Part shown: piece after piece, positions 33,591 through 46,687 of the stretch
Numbering within the stretch: the first letter of the stretch is position 1
Layout: every line of letters starts with the position of its first letter
Sequence record: MH494197.1
Direction: 5' to 3' (one strand)
DNA length: 64,000 nucleotides
Position numbers and translations under genes: made by a program
The notes under the pieces: model-generated
The model's database searches: none
What the model was told of the DNA's origin: nothing
Seen by the model: only the letters and a program-made list of their open reading frames with translations

Positions 33591-36280
33591 TTACCAATTA
33601 ATTGTTCCTGTTTGTGACGGTAGACCATAACTAACTGGGAATGAAGAACCAGCAGCTTCAAGAGACGCACCGAAAATATCCAATCTTGAACGTTTTTGTA
33701 TGTTAACATTTGATATTTGTATTGAGTTTGTTTGTATAGTACCTATCCAGAAAATATTATATGCTGTAGTACCAGTCTCTGAAATAACATCAGTTGTTAT
33801 TACATATTTTGCATTACCTTGTTCCATTTTAACATATACATGAAATAATGTGTTTGCTGGATTAGCCTTAACTGTAGTTAAGTTTATACTAGTAATCGGT
33901 AATGTAAATGCTTTACCAGAAAGAATTACTGGAGTTTCTTCTGTGAAGTACACAATAAAACCTTGAGCAACGTCTTGTGAAACTACGTTAATCGGTGCAC
34001 CTTGAGCAGTCCAGTTATTATAATCAGCAATTGTAGTACCACATTTTGGAAAGTCATTTTGTTTACATAGTCTATTGCTTGGAAATAACCAAAACCAATA
34101 CCGTAAAGCTGCTGGTTGAATACCTTGCTCATAACTTGCATGTGAACCACTGATAATAAAACTATCAAATTGTGCAGTTGCTTTTGTTACATATGCTCTG
34201 AATTGGTGTGTGTTTGTATTACCAATAGTTGGGTGAGATAATGGGTCAGAACCACCTATGAAGTAGAAAGAACCACCATCATATATTGTTAAACCAACAG
34301 AAGACGATGCAAAACTACCATTACCATTTGGTGTAAAGTTACTTCCGTAAACGTTTTCTAGTACTAAACGCTTGAAGGTAATTGTAGTGATATTACCTGA
34401 ACGTGTATTCACATTCACTTCAGCAATTCTAATATAGTTCTGATATGTATTTGTAACTGTACTTAGCATTACAAATGCAGGTATATCAGTTTGTTGTGGA
34501 ACAAACAATGTCATATCTTTATAAGCAGCAGGAGATAAGTTCCAGTCGCTTAGTACTTTGGCGTATTCAGCATTTCTGAAATTATCAAGTACAGATTGAG
34601 TAACACTAATGATACCAGTTCCGTTCATATTTTTATCATATGATAGTGATTGGGAATATCTCTGACCTACCATGAATATCCCACCATTTGTAGTAACATT
34701 ATTACCACTAATGGAACTAATAAAACTCTGTTGTTCGTGTTATCTGTCACATTAGCACGTTCTGTTGTTGGCTCATAACCTTGTATGGTTCCACGTGATA
34801 AAGAATTAAACGTAAAGTTAGAGTACTTTTATGAACTGCATAAGATGGACGGAATGCACCAGAACCAGTTGAACGAGAATACTGTTTAGTACTGTTCCCG
34901 GAAGCAATTCTACGCCGTTAATAAAAGAACCAACTGCTGAACCAAATGAAGGACGAACTATGCCATTTCTGAAATCAGTTGAAATGTTCGCACGTACATT
35001 AATCATGCTATATATTGATTGTGCAGTAAATTTAGCTTTCTGCATAAGTAATGGTTCTGCTAAGTTTGGACATGCAGTACAGAATACTTCACCTGTATTC
35101 AAATAATAATATGAACTGTAAATGTTTCTTGCACCGCTATGGTCATATAACGGATCGTTGTTGAGAACATTACCAGTAGCAACCAATGCCGAACCTGTGT
35201 TTGTAACAACAAATGGTGCAGCAAATGTACCAATATCGTTCCCATTATCCAAGTTACATTGTTTAGTACTCATGTTAAAATTGAAACTATAACTATGCTG
35301 TGGTCGGGTATTGTAGTTTGCCATAGTGAACCATGCGTCACCATTCATTCTGAATCGGAAGTTCTGCGTTCCGGCTCCTGAGCAACATATAAATCGATAG
35401 ATGTCATATAAATCCCCATACCAGCCAAATTTTGTGGTACATAGACATAGGGCTTATCAGCAATATTAGTTGAGTTAACATGGTCAGTAATGATCATATT
35501 ATTCTGAGCAGTATATGTAGTATTGTAAAAGTTTTTGTTGTCCACCCCGTGATTCGGGTAGCAGTATAAGTACCGTTTGCAATATTCAACACAACACGAA
35601 CAACAACAATCTGTAGTTTGTTATTTTCATTAAGGACGTTGAATACATAAACTGAACCGTCTTCTGCCATCATAGCATACTCAATCCCACCTTCAGGTGA
35701 AATATCAGCTTGGTTCACAAAAGACCACTATGTTGAGTATCATCCAATGTACCATTCGTTACTGATATAAACAACCCATTAGTATTGGTAGATGTGTCAT
35801 TGTAACGACCTAACAGTATTTTTGAATCGGTATTGTATAAACCAATAGCAACACGGTTTGCCCCAAAATAGCCGGCTTATACTGACGGCTTGTATTAACA
35901 GTACGGCTCATATCGGTAACGGATAATGCGTTCGCTAGGTAAGAATAAAATAAACCTTCAACACTACCGTTTGTACCACTACGTAATAGTACTAATGTGC
36001 CATCGTTTTCTAAAAGTATTTTGTTTCTACGTTGGGATTGGTTTTCTGATGCACCATTAAAATCACCAGATACCCCAGCAGGTAGATAGTTATGTGTACC
36101 ATAATGCGAGATTGGAAGTAAACTAATTACATCAAGTAATTCTTCTTTGGAATATGTATCAATTTCCATATTACCATTAGCATCAAATACTTGATCATTG
36201 ATACCCTGTACTGTTCTTTTCCTTTAACTGTCACATTATGAGTGACGTCTAAGCCACCATATATTTTCTTTGACATACAT
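33591..36280 (-). CDS. Large virion tail or baseplate fibre-like protein B (about 900 aa); multiply frameshifted
   Basis: FDANGNM, LPISHYG, LENDGTLVLLRSGTNGS, C-terminus GSSFPVSYGLPSQTGTINW*; TAAATA at 36310. Confidence 0.65.
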
Positions 36281-36324
36281 ATCCCTTGTAATTTAGATAT
36301 TAGTTACTGTATTTATGAATGTAA

Positions 36325-36346
36325 TAAAAAGCACCCATTGGGTGCT
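36325..36346 (-). terminator. Intrinsic terminator after nrdG
   Basis: AAGCACCC-AAT-GGGTGCTTTTT. Confidence 0.75.
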
Positions 36347-36351
36347 TGTGT

Positions 36352-36820
36352 TTAAAAGTCTTTATTTTTATATAAAATTCGTTGGTTATTTGAACCACGA
36401 AATGGTAATGTTAAATTCTTTTCTTCTGAAACAAATTTACCATCAACTAATACATCTAAGTACTGAAGAATGTCTTTAGCATGATTATTCATAATCTCTT
36501 CTAAAGTATATCCACTCCAGCACCAAATAGTTTTATTGGGATAAGTTTCTTTTACAATCTTACATAGTTCTAAAATTGTTTCTATGTTCTTTTTCATTAG
36601 AGGATCTCCACCAAGGAGGGATAATCCACTAACGTAAGGCTTACTGAGTTCAGCTAAAATTATATCAATTGTATCAGTACTGAACTCTTGTCCACTTCTA
36701 TAATCCCATGCTTCTTCGTTGAAGCATCCGGCACACCCATGACTGCACCCACTAACAAAAGGGAGCATCTTACTCCCTCCCATTAATAAGGTCGTCTTTA
36801 ATTATCGTCTGGTAATTCAT
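36352..36820 (-). CDS. nrdG: Anaerobic ribonucleotide reductase activase; frameshift near the N-terminus
   Basis: MNYQTIIKDDL; FVSGCSHGCAGCFNEEAWD radical-SAM triad; GLSLLGGDP, DVLVDGKF, FRGSNNQRI. Confidence 0.93.
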
Positions 36821-37120
36821 CTAATATTGCACTCACTATCTCAACGAGAACATCACCATGACATGATTTCGGTTTACAGAAACAGCCAAGACGTTTCTGC
36901 TAACTCAAGTAAATCATCAATCTTAACTTCTCCATTAGAAATACGCTCAATAATGTATTCTCTGAACTTTTCGATTGATTCTTCCCTTGTAGCAACAATG
37001 AACTCGGCTTTGGTCTGTTTATCACTGATATGGGTAAATGGGTTTCCATTTAGACCCACGCCCGATATACACATCATACGGTTCTTTATATTTGTTAACC
37101 ACAATTGGCTTTAAATCCAT
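36802..37120 (-). CDS. DUF4326-family protein; frameshifted
   Basis: VVNKYKEPYDVYIGRGSKWGNPF...REESIEKFREYI...LGCFCKP..CHGDVL. Confidence 0.7.
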
Positions 37121-37128
37121 AATGTACC

Positions 37129-38929
37129 TTATTTGTGTTGTATACGCTCACAACATTCTTGTTGTTTTCCTTTGTTGAATCCACGAGACGATGGGTTCCC
37201 AAATATCCAGAAACACGACGAATCACTGAGATTGTCTTCTCATTGCGATTATCACATACTGGACAATGAAAACCGTGTTTATCTACACTGAACTCACCTT
37301 TATACCCACACTCGTAACACTGGTCAATTGGCTGGTTGATGCCAAAATATGGAATCTTTGTGTAAGCGTAATTGACTAAAGTCTCAAGTGCTTGAATATT
37401 GTTACTTAGGTTGGGTGATTCAACATAACTGATGTTTCCACCATTACTGAGGTAAGCAAATCCCTCTTCGTAACTCCACTTATCAAATGGTGAACTTTCT
37501 ACCCATACTGGTTGATGGAAGGAATTTGTGATGTAATCACGTTTTAGTACTGAAGGGTATTTAGATTCGATGCAACGTGCAAATTTGTAGCAAAGTGACT
37601 CTGCTGGGGTTCCATATAGACTAAAAGCTATATTACTCTCTTTTTGAACTCATCGCATTTTACTTTCATATAATTCAGTACTGACATACAGAACTCCTTA
37701 CTGATAGAACCAGTCAGAATTTCTGAACATTCAACTAAACCAACGTAACCAATACTAATACTAGCATATCCGTTATAAAATAGCTTGTCAATCGTTTCTT
37801 CTGCCCCTAAACGTGAAAGTGCACCTTCCATGAACAAAATCGGATTCTGCTTCGCTTTTGTGCCTTTTAAACGCTCTACGCGGTTCATCTGAGCACGATA
37901 TGCAATATTCATATGCTCGTCTATTTTATCAAAAACTCTCCATCTGAGGCACTTTCAAGAGCAATTAGAGGTAAATTGATAGAAACTACGCCTAAGTTGA
38001 AACGACCGTTATATTGCTCATTTCCATTGGAATCTTCCCATTTTCCCAAAATGAACGACAGCCCATCGGGGTTACTGCTGTACTGCTACTTCCTGTAACT
38101 TTGTGATTTAACGGCACAGAAACGAAGTCTGGGTAGATTCTCTTCGATGCACAACGCATTGCCAACTGTTTCATGTCATAGTTGCAATCATCGCTATTCA
38201 TGTTGATTCCGTCCTGTAAAAAGAAAATTACTTTAGGAAACACAGGAGTAATCTTATCTTTACCTAAACCATTCTCATGTACTTTTAAGTACTGTTCAGT
38301 GATTAATTTGCCAAATTTTGAAGTATTCAGTCCTAAACTAAGAGAAATGAATGCTGCTTGTCCGTTTGTACTAATCATTGAATTTGTCTGGTAAAGTAAG
38401 GTTTGACACCCATCATAGACTTCTTTTCGTAATTCTTCCTCAATGTATTCAGTACTGAGATTATATGCCTTTTGCTTCGCTAATAGCTTATCCCACGACT
38501 TTTGGACGTAAGGTTCAAGACCAACGTCGATATGAGCCAACGATTGACCACCGTACTGGGAACTTGCAACAGCTTGTACAATTTGTGTCAGTACTGTACA
38601 TGCTACACTAAAACTCTTTGGTTCTTCAATTTTGGCACAACCAATGGTAAATCCATTTTTAGCATATCTGGATAGTTAACCAAGCAACAGTTAGTTAATG
38701 GGCTGATATAGTAGTCTAAATCATGAATGTGACCATAACCATCATTATGCCACTGCATTAGCTCCTTTGGAATAACATCTTGTGAATAATGCTTAGATAG
38801 GATACCAGCAAGTAAATCCCTGTGTGTATTGACGCATTTCGCATCTTTGTTTGCATTTTCATTTGTAAGATCAGTATTGCTCTGATTTAGGAAATTTGTT
38901 ACGTCAGTATATAATTTATCTAATTGCAT
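37129..38929 (-). CDS. nrdD: Anaerobic (class III) ribonucleotide reductase, no ATP cone; multiply frameshifted
   Basis: NENANKDA, HIHDLDY...TNCCL, VFPKVIF, YPDFVS, PMGCRSF, YITNSFH, CPVCDN, VIRRVSGYLG. Confidence 0.93.
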
Positions 38930-39063
38930 TTTACTTTCCTTGTATTTTGAAATCATCTGGGGTGAAGTTATTTAACATCACCAGACACCATTATAGCGTC
39001 AGAACAGGGTATTTCTATTGATCTATATCAAGGAAAGGTCACATTGCTTTTATTTGCACAAAT

Positions 39064-39086
39064 AGAAAAAGCACCTCTAGGTGCTT
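39064..39086 (-). terminator. Intrinsic terminator
   Basis: AAAGCACC-TAGA-GGTGCTTTTT. Confidence 0.75.
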
Positions 39087-40015
39087 TAAAGTACTGCTAA
39101 TATAAAACTGCCCAAATTAGCAGTACTACATTGGTTGGAGCGGCAAAAACATATATGCAGCAATAGCACTGCATCCGATTACAAGTTTAGCTAGTCTCAT
39201 CTGGACTCCATGTAATAGTCACAGTAAATGTGCCTTCTTGGAAACCAAACTCATCTTGTGGGATTTGACCAGCTAATGGGTTAAATCTTGAATCGAATGC
39301 TTCATGTACGTCTCGCTGAATATCATAGAGACTTTCACCATCGTATTCTTTTTAAAGATTTCATTCTGCATTTATACGTAACGACCCTCGTATTCTGTCT
39401 GGATATCCATCAAATAGATCAATGAATTGGTTTAACGCATAAGTACTGATGAATGGATTATTCTTTGCAAGTTCTATGCGTTTTTCAAAATCCATTAATA
39501 TAATCTCTGGTCTACTGAAATTTCCTTTACGTCTATATGTTAGTAAACGCTCGGTATGACCACTGAACTGAAATTCAAAATATGTTGATGCTGCATAATC
39601 ACTTCCATCAGGAACCGGAATTGAAAAATCAACATTGAACTTATTACCAAATGCGAAAAATACCCACCATCTTCGTGTGGTATAGTTTTATCATTTAGAT
39701 GGAAATCTATTTCATCACCTAATATATCAAATATCTTGATACTTAGAGACATAAAATCATCGGCTAACATTTTTTTACCTTATTTTATAGCTCTACAATA
39801 GAAATGAATAATATACGGAAATATAGGATTATCGACGTATGTTGCAAAATTAGCTATGGTAATTTTTTATAGTACGAGTTATGTATGGATATAATGGTTT
39901 GTGGGTCGATTGCTTCTCTATTTGATAGTTCAACAAAACGACCACACTTCATATAAGCCTTACCATAATAATCGTAAGTTATCTCATATTGATCCATTTA
40001 TTCTGGTTCTTTGTT

Positions 40016-40351
40016 TTATCTACAGTATTGTTTTGTTTAGATCAATTTGTAACGCCATTGCAGCTTCAGTATTTTCTTCATGTGTACCATTGAATTTATA
40101 CCCATTCTTGATGAGATTCACAGTGTAGTACTTATTATAAAGAAATGCCCACGACCATTGCAATTGTACCCACAATCCAAAAAGACACTGCGTTGAGGAT
40201 GAAGTAAATTACAAATGCACCGATGAACGTAATAAAGTCACCACGAAACAATGCAGGAACGGACCAAAGAACAATGTTGTCCATGAGAATCCAAAGAACC
40301 CATCTTTGCGTTGTCCTACATTTTCATTTTTAAAGAAATAGTTTTAGCCAT
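40016..40351 (-). CDS. Small membrane protein (HrgC/DUF2628-like); frameshifted
   Basis: GFSWTTLFFGPFPALFRGDF...FLYNKYYTVNLIKNGYK. Confidence 0.55.
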
Positions 40352-40578
40352 TGTTGACTCCTTACATGTTATGATTTGGTATACAGTACACAAATACTAA
40401 ATTGGAAAAGTGTTCAGTACTGGAATATTTTGCTAAATCTGTTATATGGAAGTAGACATCTTTGAAATTATCATTCTCAAATGTCGTTATTTGTAAACAG
40501 TGTGTGGGTCTGAAAATATAATAATAAAATATATCATCTTCAGCCACAACTGTATGGTTTTGTAGCGTTCAATTTTTT

Positions 40579-40946
40579 TCATGTGTGAATAATTTCTTTG
40601 ACCCCATATTCCATAATTGCCAACGTACAAATCTCACAAGGCTTGGCAGGGACTGGAATACCATCTTTACTTACCCGTGCAATCAACAAAGTATGAACTT
40701 CAGCACGAGAAGCCAGCAAACATGAGATTTCAGCATGAAGAAATTCACCTTGTGGACGACCAGCACGGATTGCAAAACCTTTCTGTACTGGGTGAGTATG
40801 TGTGTAAGAATTAGTACGTGTTGCCAATACACGACCTTTCTTATCTAGTGCACGAGCAATCACACGATAACGTTTGTAGCTCCCACTTGCTCGATTGGTG
40901 GCATCCGTCGCAATTCTTCAATTAGTTTCTCAAGTTTACGATTCAT
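40579..40946 (-). CDS. Zn-dependent deaminase-fold protein; N-terminus frameshifted
   Basis: FLHAEISCL and AKPCEIC (HxE...PCxxC). Confidence 0.78.
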
Positions 40947-41135
40947 AAGTCTAAGTCTATACCCTTTTCAAATGATTTCTCTAGAACCCAAAGTTTACAT
41001 TCTTCACTCTCCAAATGCATCTTTGCCTCTTTCTGTTGTTCTATTGTACAAGACTTTATAAATTCACGCAAGGCTTCTATTGTACTTTTTATATTTTTAT
41101 GTCTTCCAGAATTGTTTCTTTGGCTTCAGCATCAA

Positions 41136-44095
41136 TTACAGATGAACTCCACCCGTGACGTTCTTCCCAAACTGTTTTGCTGGATTGTAAATTGATGATG
41201 TAGAAATGACTGCATGGATCTTATTAAACGTATCGTCTGCTTCTTGTTGGGTGTAATCACCATAAGTGTTTAGCACATTTTTGTATAGTTCATCGATTGC
41301 CTCATCATAAGTATCACCACCGCAATCTAACTCATAATCATGTGCTTGTACCCATTCATCATCTTGCTCAATGTACATAGGTGAGATGAATTCTACCCAA
41401 AATTGTGTCTTTGTATTCAGAGCTTTAAATGATTCAATGCGGTTTGTGATTGGACACACATCATGTGGTTCGATATCAATCCTTGGGGAACCATATCTCT
41501 GTTGATGAATTTAGGATGACCCAAAATCCACCAGTACTTTTCAGATGTAGTCATAGTAATCTCCAATTAAAAGTACTGCCACTATAACAGTACTGATATT
41601 AAATGTAACGTTTCTTTTATAATCATACCCTACTGCTTTGTAAAAGTCAAACAAAGAAGCATGTTCAAATGTAGGTAATAGATCATATGGGTGCTGATAG
41701 TTCGCAATACCAACAATAGCCATCATTGATTCAGCCGTTCTGGAATTTTCACTATCCCATTCATCTAAACGCCAAAGTGAGCAAAGTACCTCGCGTTCAT
41801 GTTGCTTACCCAGAAAGAATTCAGCTTCACGGTCACGAAATGCACCTGCACTGATAGTACTTTTGTACCAGTCTTCTTCACCATAAGCTGGCATACGGAT
41901 AATATGTTTTCTTGAGCTTCACCAAAGCGGTGAAGAAATGCCACATAATCACTCATAATTTATAACCCATTACAGGTTTGGTATGATCCGGTTCGTAAGA
42001 CTTTTCAGTACTGAACCCTCTGAAATTACCACGACGGCTTCGGACAAGCCATCCCTTCTACACCGTGCTTACCCTGAACCTTTCCGCAGTTTTTGCATTT
42101 GTATCCAATAACTTCTTTCATTGTGCATCCTTTGGAATAGTGTTAAGGCGTGTACGGTTTACAATCTTCCTGCACATGAGATTAAGATCTTGCCCATGAC
42201 GCATCTCATGGCAAGCATACAATGTGCCATCATAGTTAAGTTTAGTCAAATTCTGGCGAATGAACTCTGCATCAGCCTCCTGAACTTTAGGTGCACAGCC
42301 TGTTACTAACATCATGAGTGCTGAAACAATTGCAATAGAAATAAATTTCATAATTTAATCACCTATACATAAGTACTCGATTGATGGTTTACCATTAACT
42401 AACACAATACCAGTGTGAGTTAATACACAGTTCGTTGGTGCTTCTTCAAATACTGATACGTAAATGTATGAACCATTACTAACTGAACAAGATAATACCA
42501 TAAGAACGGCGATTAGTACAAGTAAAATTTTCATATGAACCTACTTTTTGATTTATGTAATGCAATTTGTACTCGCGTAATGAACTCACGCTCTACTTCA
42601 TCTGAATTAACACCATCATATTGTGTTTTGAATAGTTCCATAGCTTTGATAGCCATCTGAACTGAAAGATCAGCAATACTTTCAGTACTGGTACTTTCAA
42701 ATACATTTTGAGGCTTAGTTCACCATCATCAATACATTCTTTTGGTTTGTTGATTTCTGGTACTTGGATGTATCGCAATGCTTTGTATTCTGCTTTGGTC
42801 AGATTCCCAGTCCATCTTGGTTCATTGAACAAGTCATGCATTGTAATGCCAGCTTCACCCATTAGGTGTACTAACTCTTCATTTCGGCGAATATGCTTTT
42901 CTTCATCTTTGAAATTTTTGTAAGTGTAAGCACAACGCATGATAGCCAAACGTACTTCACCACTTTTAGTAATTGTATACGTATGAATTGCATTATCGTA
43001 GTCACTTTCCCATTGTTGACCCGCATATTCGTACCAAAGGTCATTTGTCTCCCAACGGAGCATTTTACCTTCTAGTAGCTCGTCAATCATTTTAGCCATG
43101 TTACCATGATATTCACAACTGGTAATATTAAATCCACCATTGTACTTTGCAAGGTATAGAATCTTTTCTTGTGATACATTTTTCATTACATGTAATCCTT
43201 GATGTATTTTAGCAGTTTAGATTTCTCTTCGGTACTTAATGATTTCTTGTTCATCAAGTGTTTCATTTCTTGACGTTCAATTTCTTCACATATTTTAGAT
43301 TCAGCTTCAATTCGTGCATGGTATTCTTCGTCAGTTTCTTCTCTGGTCCAAATTACATTGTATCCATGAAAACCGCCGTAACCACCGTCTGGTGTAAGAC
43401 TAATGTGACCGTTATATTCAGCACGATACTTATTAAGAGTGTCAATAAAGGTATCAATGCCACACGGTTCAATTTCAATATAACCAATCACTACAGTAAC
43501 TTCAATTTTGTTCATAAAGTTCACCTATAAAATTAGGAGCATTAGCTCCTTTGTATTGATGTTTACGTTTTGTACTGTATTTCCAGCCAGTACTGTGTCT
43601 TGTTCTGATATCGTCCCAATACGATGGTAATGAACGCATCTTACGTCTTCCACGTATTTCAGGTTCCCCTCATCCTTCAGTACTGCACAAGCCATACGAC
43701 GCTCTTGTTGGGTCTTAGGACGTTTGTATCGGGAGTGGTTATGTTTGTACATATACGAACGCTTGTGTCGCCATTCAGTGTCACGAGCATTTCGTTTATG
43801 CTCCCAGTACTCATTATAGAGTATCATGTATTCACCCATAAGTAAATCAGGAGATACAAGTAATCCTTTTTCAGTACAAAGATAATAACCTACGAACTTT
43901 TCTGGATACATTTCGTAATAGAAACGGTTCTTCCAAAATGTTTCACGATTCTTTTGTTGAATTCAGCTAAATCGAATTTCATCTTACTGTGGAAACGGTC
44001 TATACCATCATGTTCCGCAATGTACTCTAACAGATTATCAATAATCTCAACTTTACCTGAATCATGGTACAACGTAAATGTTTGGTCAAAAACAT
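41136..44095 (-). CDS. Array of about nine small hypothetical genes, including a lipoprotein (42118..42351, LVTG-C)
   Basis: Tightly packed minus-strand ORFs with SD sites; no assignable catalytic motifs. Confidence 0.45.
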
Positions 44096-44317
44096 ATATT
44101 TCTCCTTTAAGTTAAACTAACCTAATGGAATGTCATTCTTCCTTTACTACATGTTCTCATGGTTTAATCCTTTTGTCAATATCTAGAAAGAAAAATCCCT
44201 GCCAAAAGACAGGGATGAAAAACTGAAATAACACATGGAGTTCTTTTAAATTAATAAAAGTATTATTATTCTTATGAAAGTATTTATCATGAACTCCAGT
44301 TTATTGCTTCAAATGAA

Positions 44318-44505
44318 TCAATAACCTTTTTGTGCTACTAGCTCACGGTATTGAGCACGAGTTAGAACACCTTGTTTACGTAGAGCTTGAAGACCTGTTA
44401 GGGTTTCTGCTTTACGTAGTTCGAAAATACGTTGTTCTTTAGATTGAATAACTTTAACTTTCTTAACTTTTGCTACTGGTTCTTTTTCTTAGGTTGCTTT
44501 GCCAT
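44318..44505 (-). CDS. Small highly basic protein (about 62 aa); frameshifted
   Basis: MAKQPKKKEPVAKVKKVKVIQSKEQRIFELRKAETLTGLQALRKQGVLTRAQYRELVAQKGY; SD AGGAG and own promoter at 44536-44563. Confidence 0.55.
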
Positions 44506-44569
44506 GAGTATTTCTCCTTTGTTGTTAACAATATTATTATATCATGTATGGGACGAATGTCCCACATTA

Positions 44570-46010
44570 TTACATATTTTCTTCAGCAAATTCTGCCAGT
44601 GGTGAACGAACAACACCTTCTAGTTCGATTACACGACAACCGTCCCAGTTCTTGAACTTCTCGGTAACATAAGTTAGACCGCTGTTTACTGGACTAATGA
44701 ACTTAGAGTCAATCTGACTCAAGTTACCCATAATAACCACTTTACAGTTCATTCCTGCACGAGTCAAGATTGTTTTGCCTGAGCAGGTGTGATGTTCTGG
44801 AATTCATCAACTACTAGGATAGTATTTGTGAAAGAACGACCACGAACGAAGTTTAGTGCTTTGAACTGGATAACATTGCGTTTCATGATTTCTTCGATAC
44901 TGCCTTGTGGGTTAGCATCATCTTTGTGTAGGAATTCCAACGCATCAATTGCTGCACCACAGAAAGGAATCACTTTCTCTGCTTCAGATCCGGTAAGAAA
45001 CCAATGTCTTCGAATTGGGAATCTTGTGTTTTGGAGAAGATGATACGGTCGTATTTTTCTTCTCTAGTACTAGCTCAGTGCAGTTGCAATAGTGATTAGT
45101 GTTTTACCAGTACCTGCTGAACCTAACAGTACTGTTAGATGAACATCAGGATCTAAAATACTGTTGATTGCTAGTGCTTGCTGAATATTCTTAGCCTTGA
45201 TATCCCACACTTTAGCACGTAAAGCAACTGATTGTCCAACGTCTTGGAATACAAGAATATCTTCTGGTGTTAAAGTACCATCATCTTCTTCAATTGCAGA
45301 TTGACCTTCGTACACAAATAGAACATCAGCATTATCATATAGGTAATCACCGATGCAAATATTTTGTGGCATGATATGTTCAATCAAGCTTTTGGAATGT
45401 AGTGGTACAAACGACGACCAACTTGTTCAGACTGAATAGATACATCAGTCAGATTACTATACACATCCCAGAAATGTAGATCAAGGTGATGTTGACCAAT
45501 GTGAATCAAATCACTATCACCAATCACGATATCATGACGGTAATCTTGAACTTCCACCCCGTAGCTTAGAGCCTTGATACGCATATTGATATCACGGGTA
45601 ACCAGTACTGAATCAGTTGCTAATGCTACTAAAATGATTTTATCATCTGGTACTGTGCTTTTTAGAAGAGTTTGAACTTTCTCTTCGTTACCAGCAGTAC
45701 GAATTAGTGCTTCCGCTTCTTCGCTTGTAATAACAAACAATTTGCTTTCAGGACTCATATTAGTATGAACATCAGCAATATTAACACCAGTACTACTAAT
45801 TTCTTCATGTGATGCATCAGAAAGGATAGCTTCAATGTTACGGATTGCAACACGAGCATCACGGGAAACATCCACATTACGACTTTTGATTGAATCCAAT
45901 TCTTCAAGTACTGTGAACGGTAGAATGATAGCTGCTCCATCAAAAGCAATGGTAGCATTTGGATCAGATAGTAGTACGTTTGTGTCAATTGTATATTTTT
46001 CATAAAACAT
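44570..46010 (-). CDS. phoH: PIN-PhoH fusion (YlaK/PhoH2 type); multiply frameshifted
   Basis: YTIDTNVLLSDP (PIN), VTRDINMRIKA, LLGSAGTGKTL, RGRSFTNTILVVDEFQN, LTRAGMNCKVVIMGNLSQID, VRSPLAEFAE. Confidence 0.92.
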
Positions 46011-46082
46011 CCTTGAGTTATGAGTACATCCTTGTACTCGACTAATGGTTAGTGACTCGAATATTACATGCTCGGTTCGTAT

Positions 46083-46364
46083 TCAACATAACATCTTGAA
46101 CCACGAGCCTTTTCCTCCCAGCATTCCGTAAACTAGTTGACCAATTGATACTGGATCTCTTGATAACCCATTACGAACTTCACCAGTACTGGTTTTATAA
46201 GTAAATGAGCATTTATTTTCATTACATTGACCTAATCCTGTTACAGTCGCTGTATTGTAATGAATATTGTAACGTTTAGTGTTCTCATGATATGAACTGA
46301 ACCATAGAACACCTATACCTAACAGTGTTGTGCAAATAAGACTCTTGATATGTGTTGAAATCAT
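46083..46364 (-). CDS. Small membrane-anchored protein
   Basis: N-terminal TM segment, then a beta-rich domain. Confidence 0.5.
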   Translation of the reverse strand: MISTHIKSLICTTLLGIGVLWFSSYHENTKRYNIHYNTATVTGLGQCNENKCSFTYKTSTGEVRNGLSRDPVSIGQLVYGMLGGKGSWFKMLC

Positions 46365-46678
46365 AGTGCATTAAATCCATTAGTTAAGTAAGTTTCAATA
46401 TTAACTTTCCTACTGGATTACTACTATGTACATAGTATTTAAATGGTTCTTTAATATTATGCTCAAACATATAATCAATTAGAAATTTGGCAAAAGTGTA
46501 TCCAGTTTTCTCATCTGTACTCAAGTCACCCAAGTCATGGTCAAATGAGACAAATGCTGGAATTCCATTTTGATTACGTATTCACATGCACTTTCGTAGT
46601 CACGACACAATACCATCTCTTGGTCAGGATAATATTTTGATAATCACGAATATCATCCAAGAACATTGAGTACGACAT
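46361..46678 (-). CDS. Cyclic-phosphate-processing receiver-domain protein (cREC); frameshifted
   Basis: MFLDDIRD, VSFDHDLG, TGYTFAKFL, VHSSNP.G. Confidence 0.75.
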
Positions 46679-46687
46679 TTTAAACTC

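Noticed and set aside
37129-38929. Intron or intein in nrdD (also checked the ligase)
   Set aside because: Rejoined lengths (about 600 and about 470 aa) match uninterrupted enzymes, and no splicing motifs were seen.
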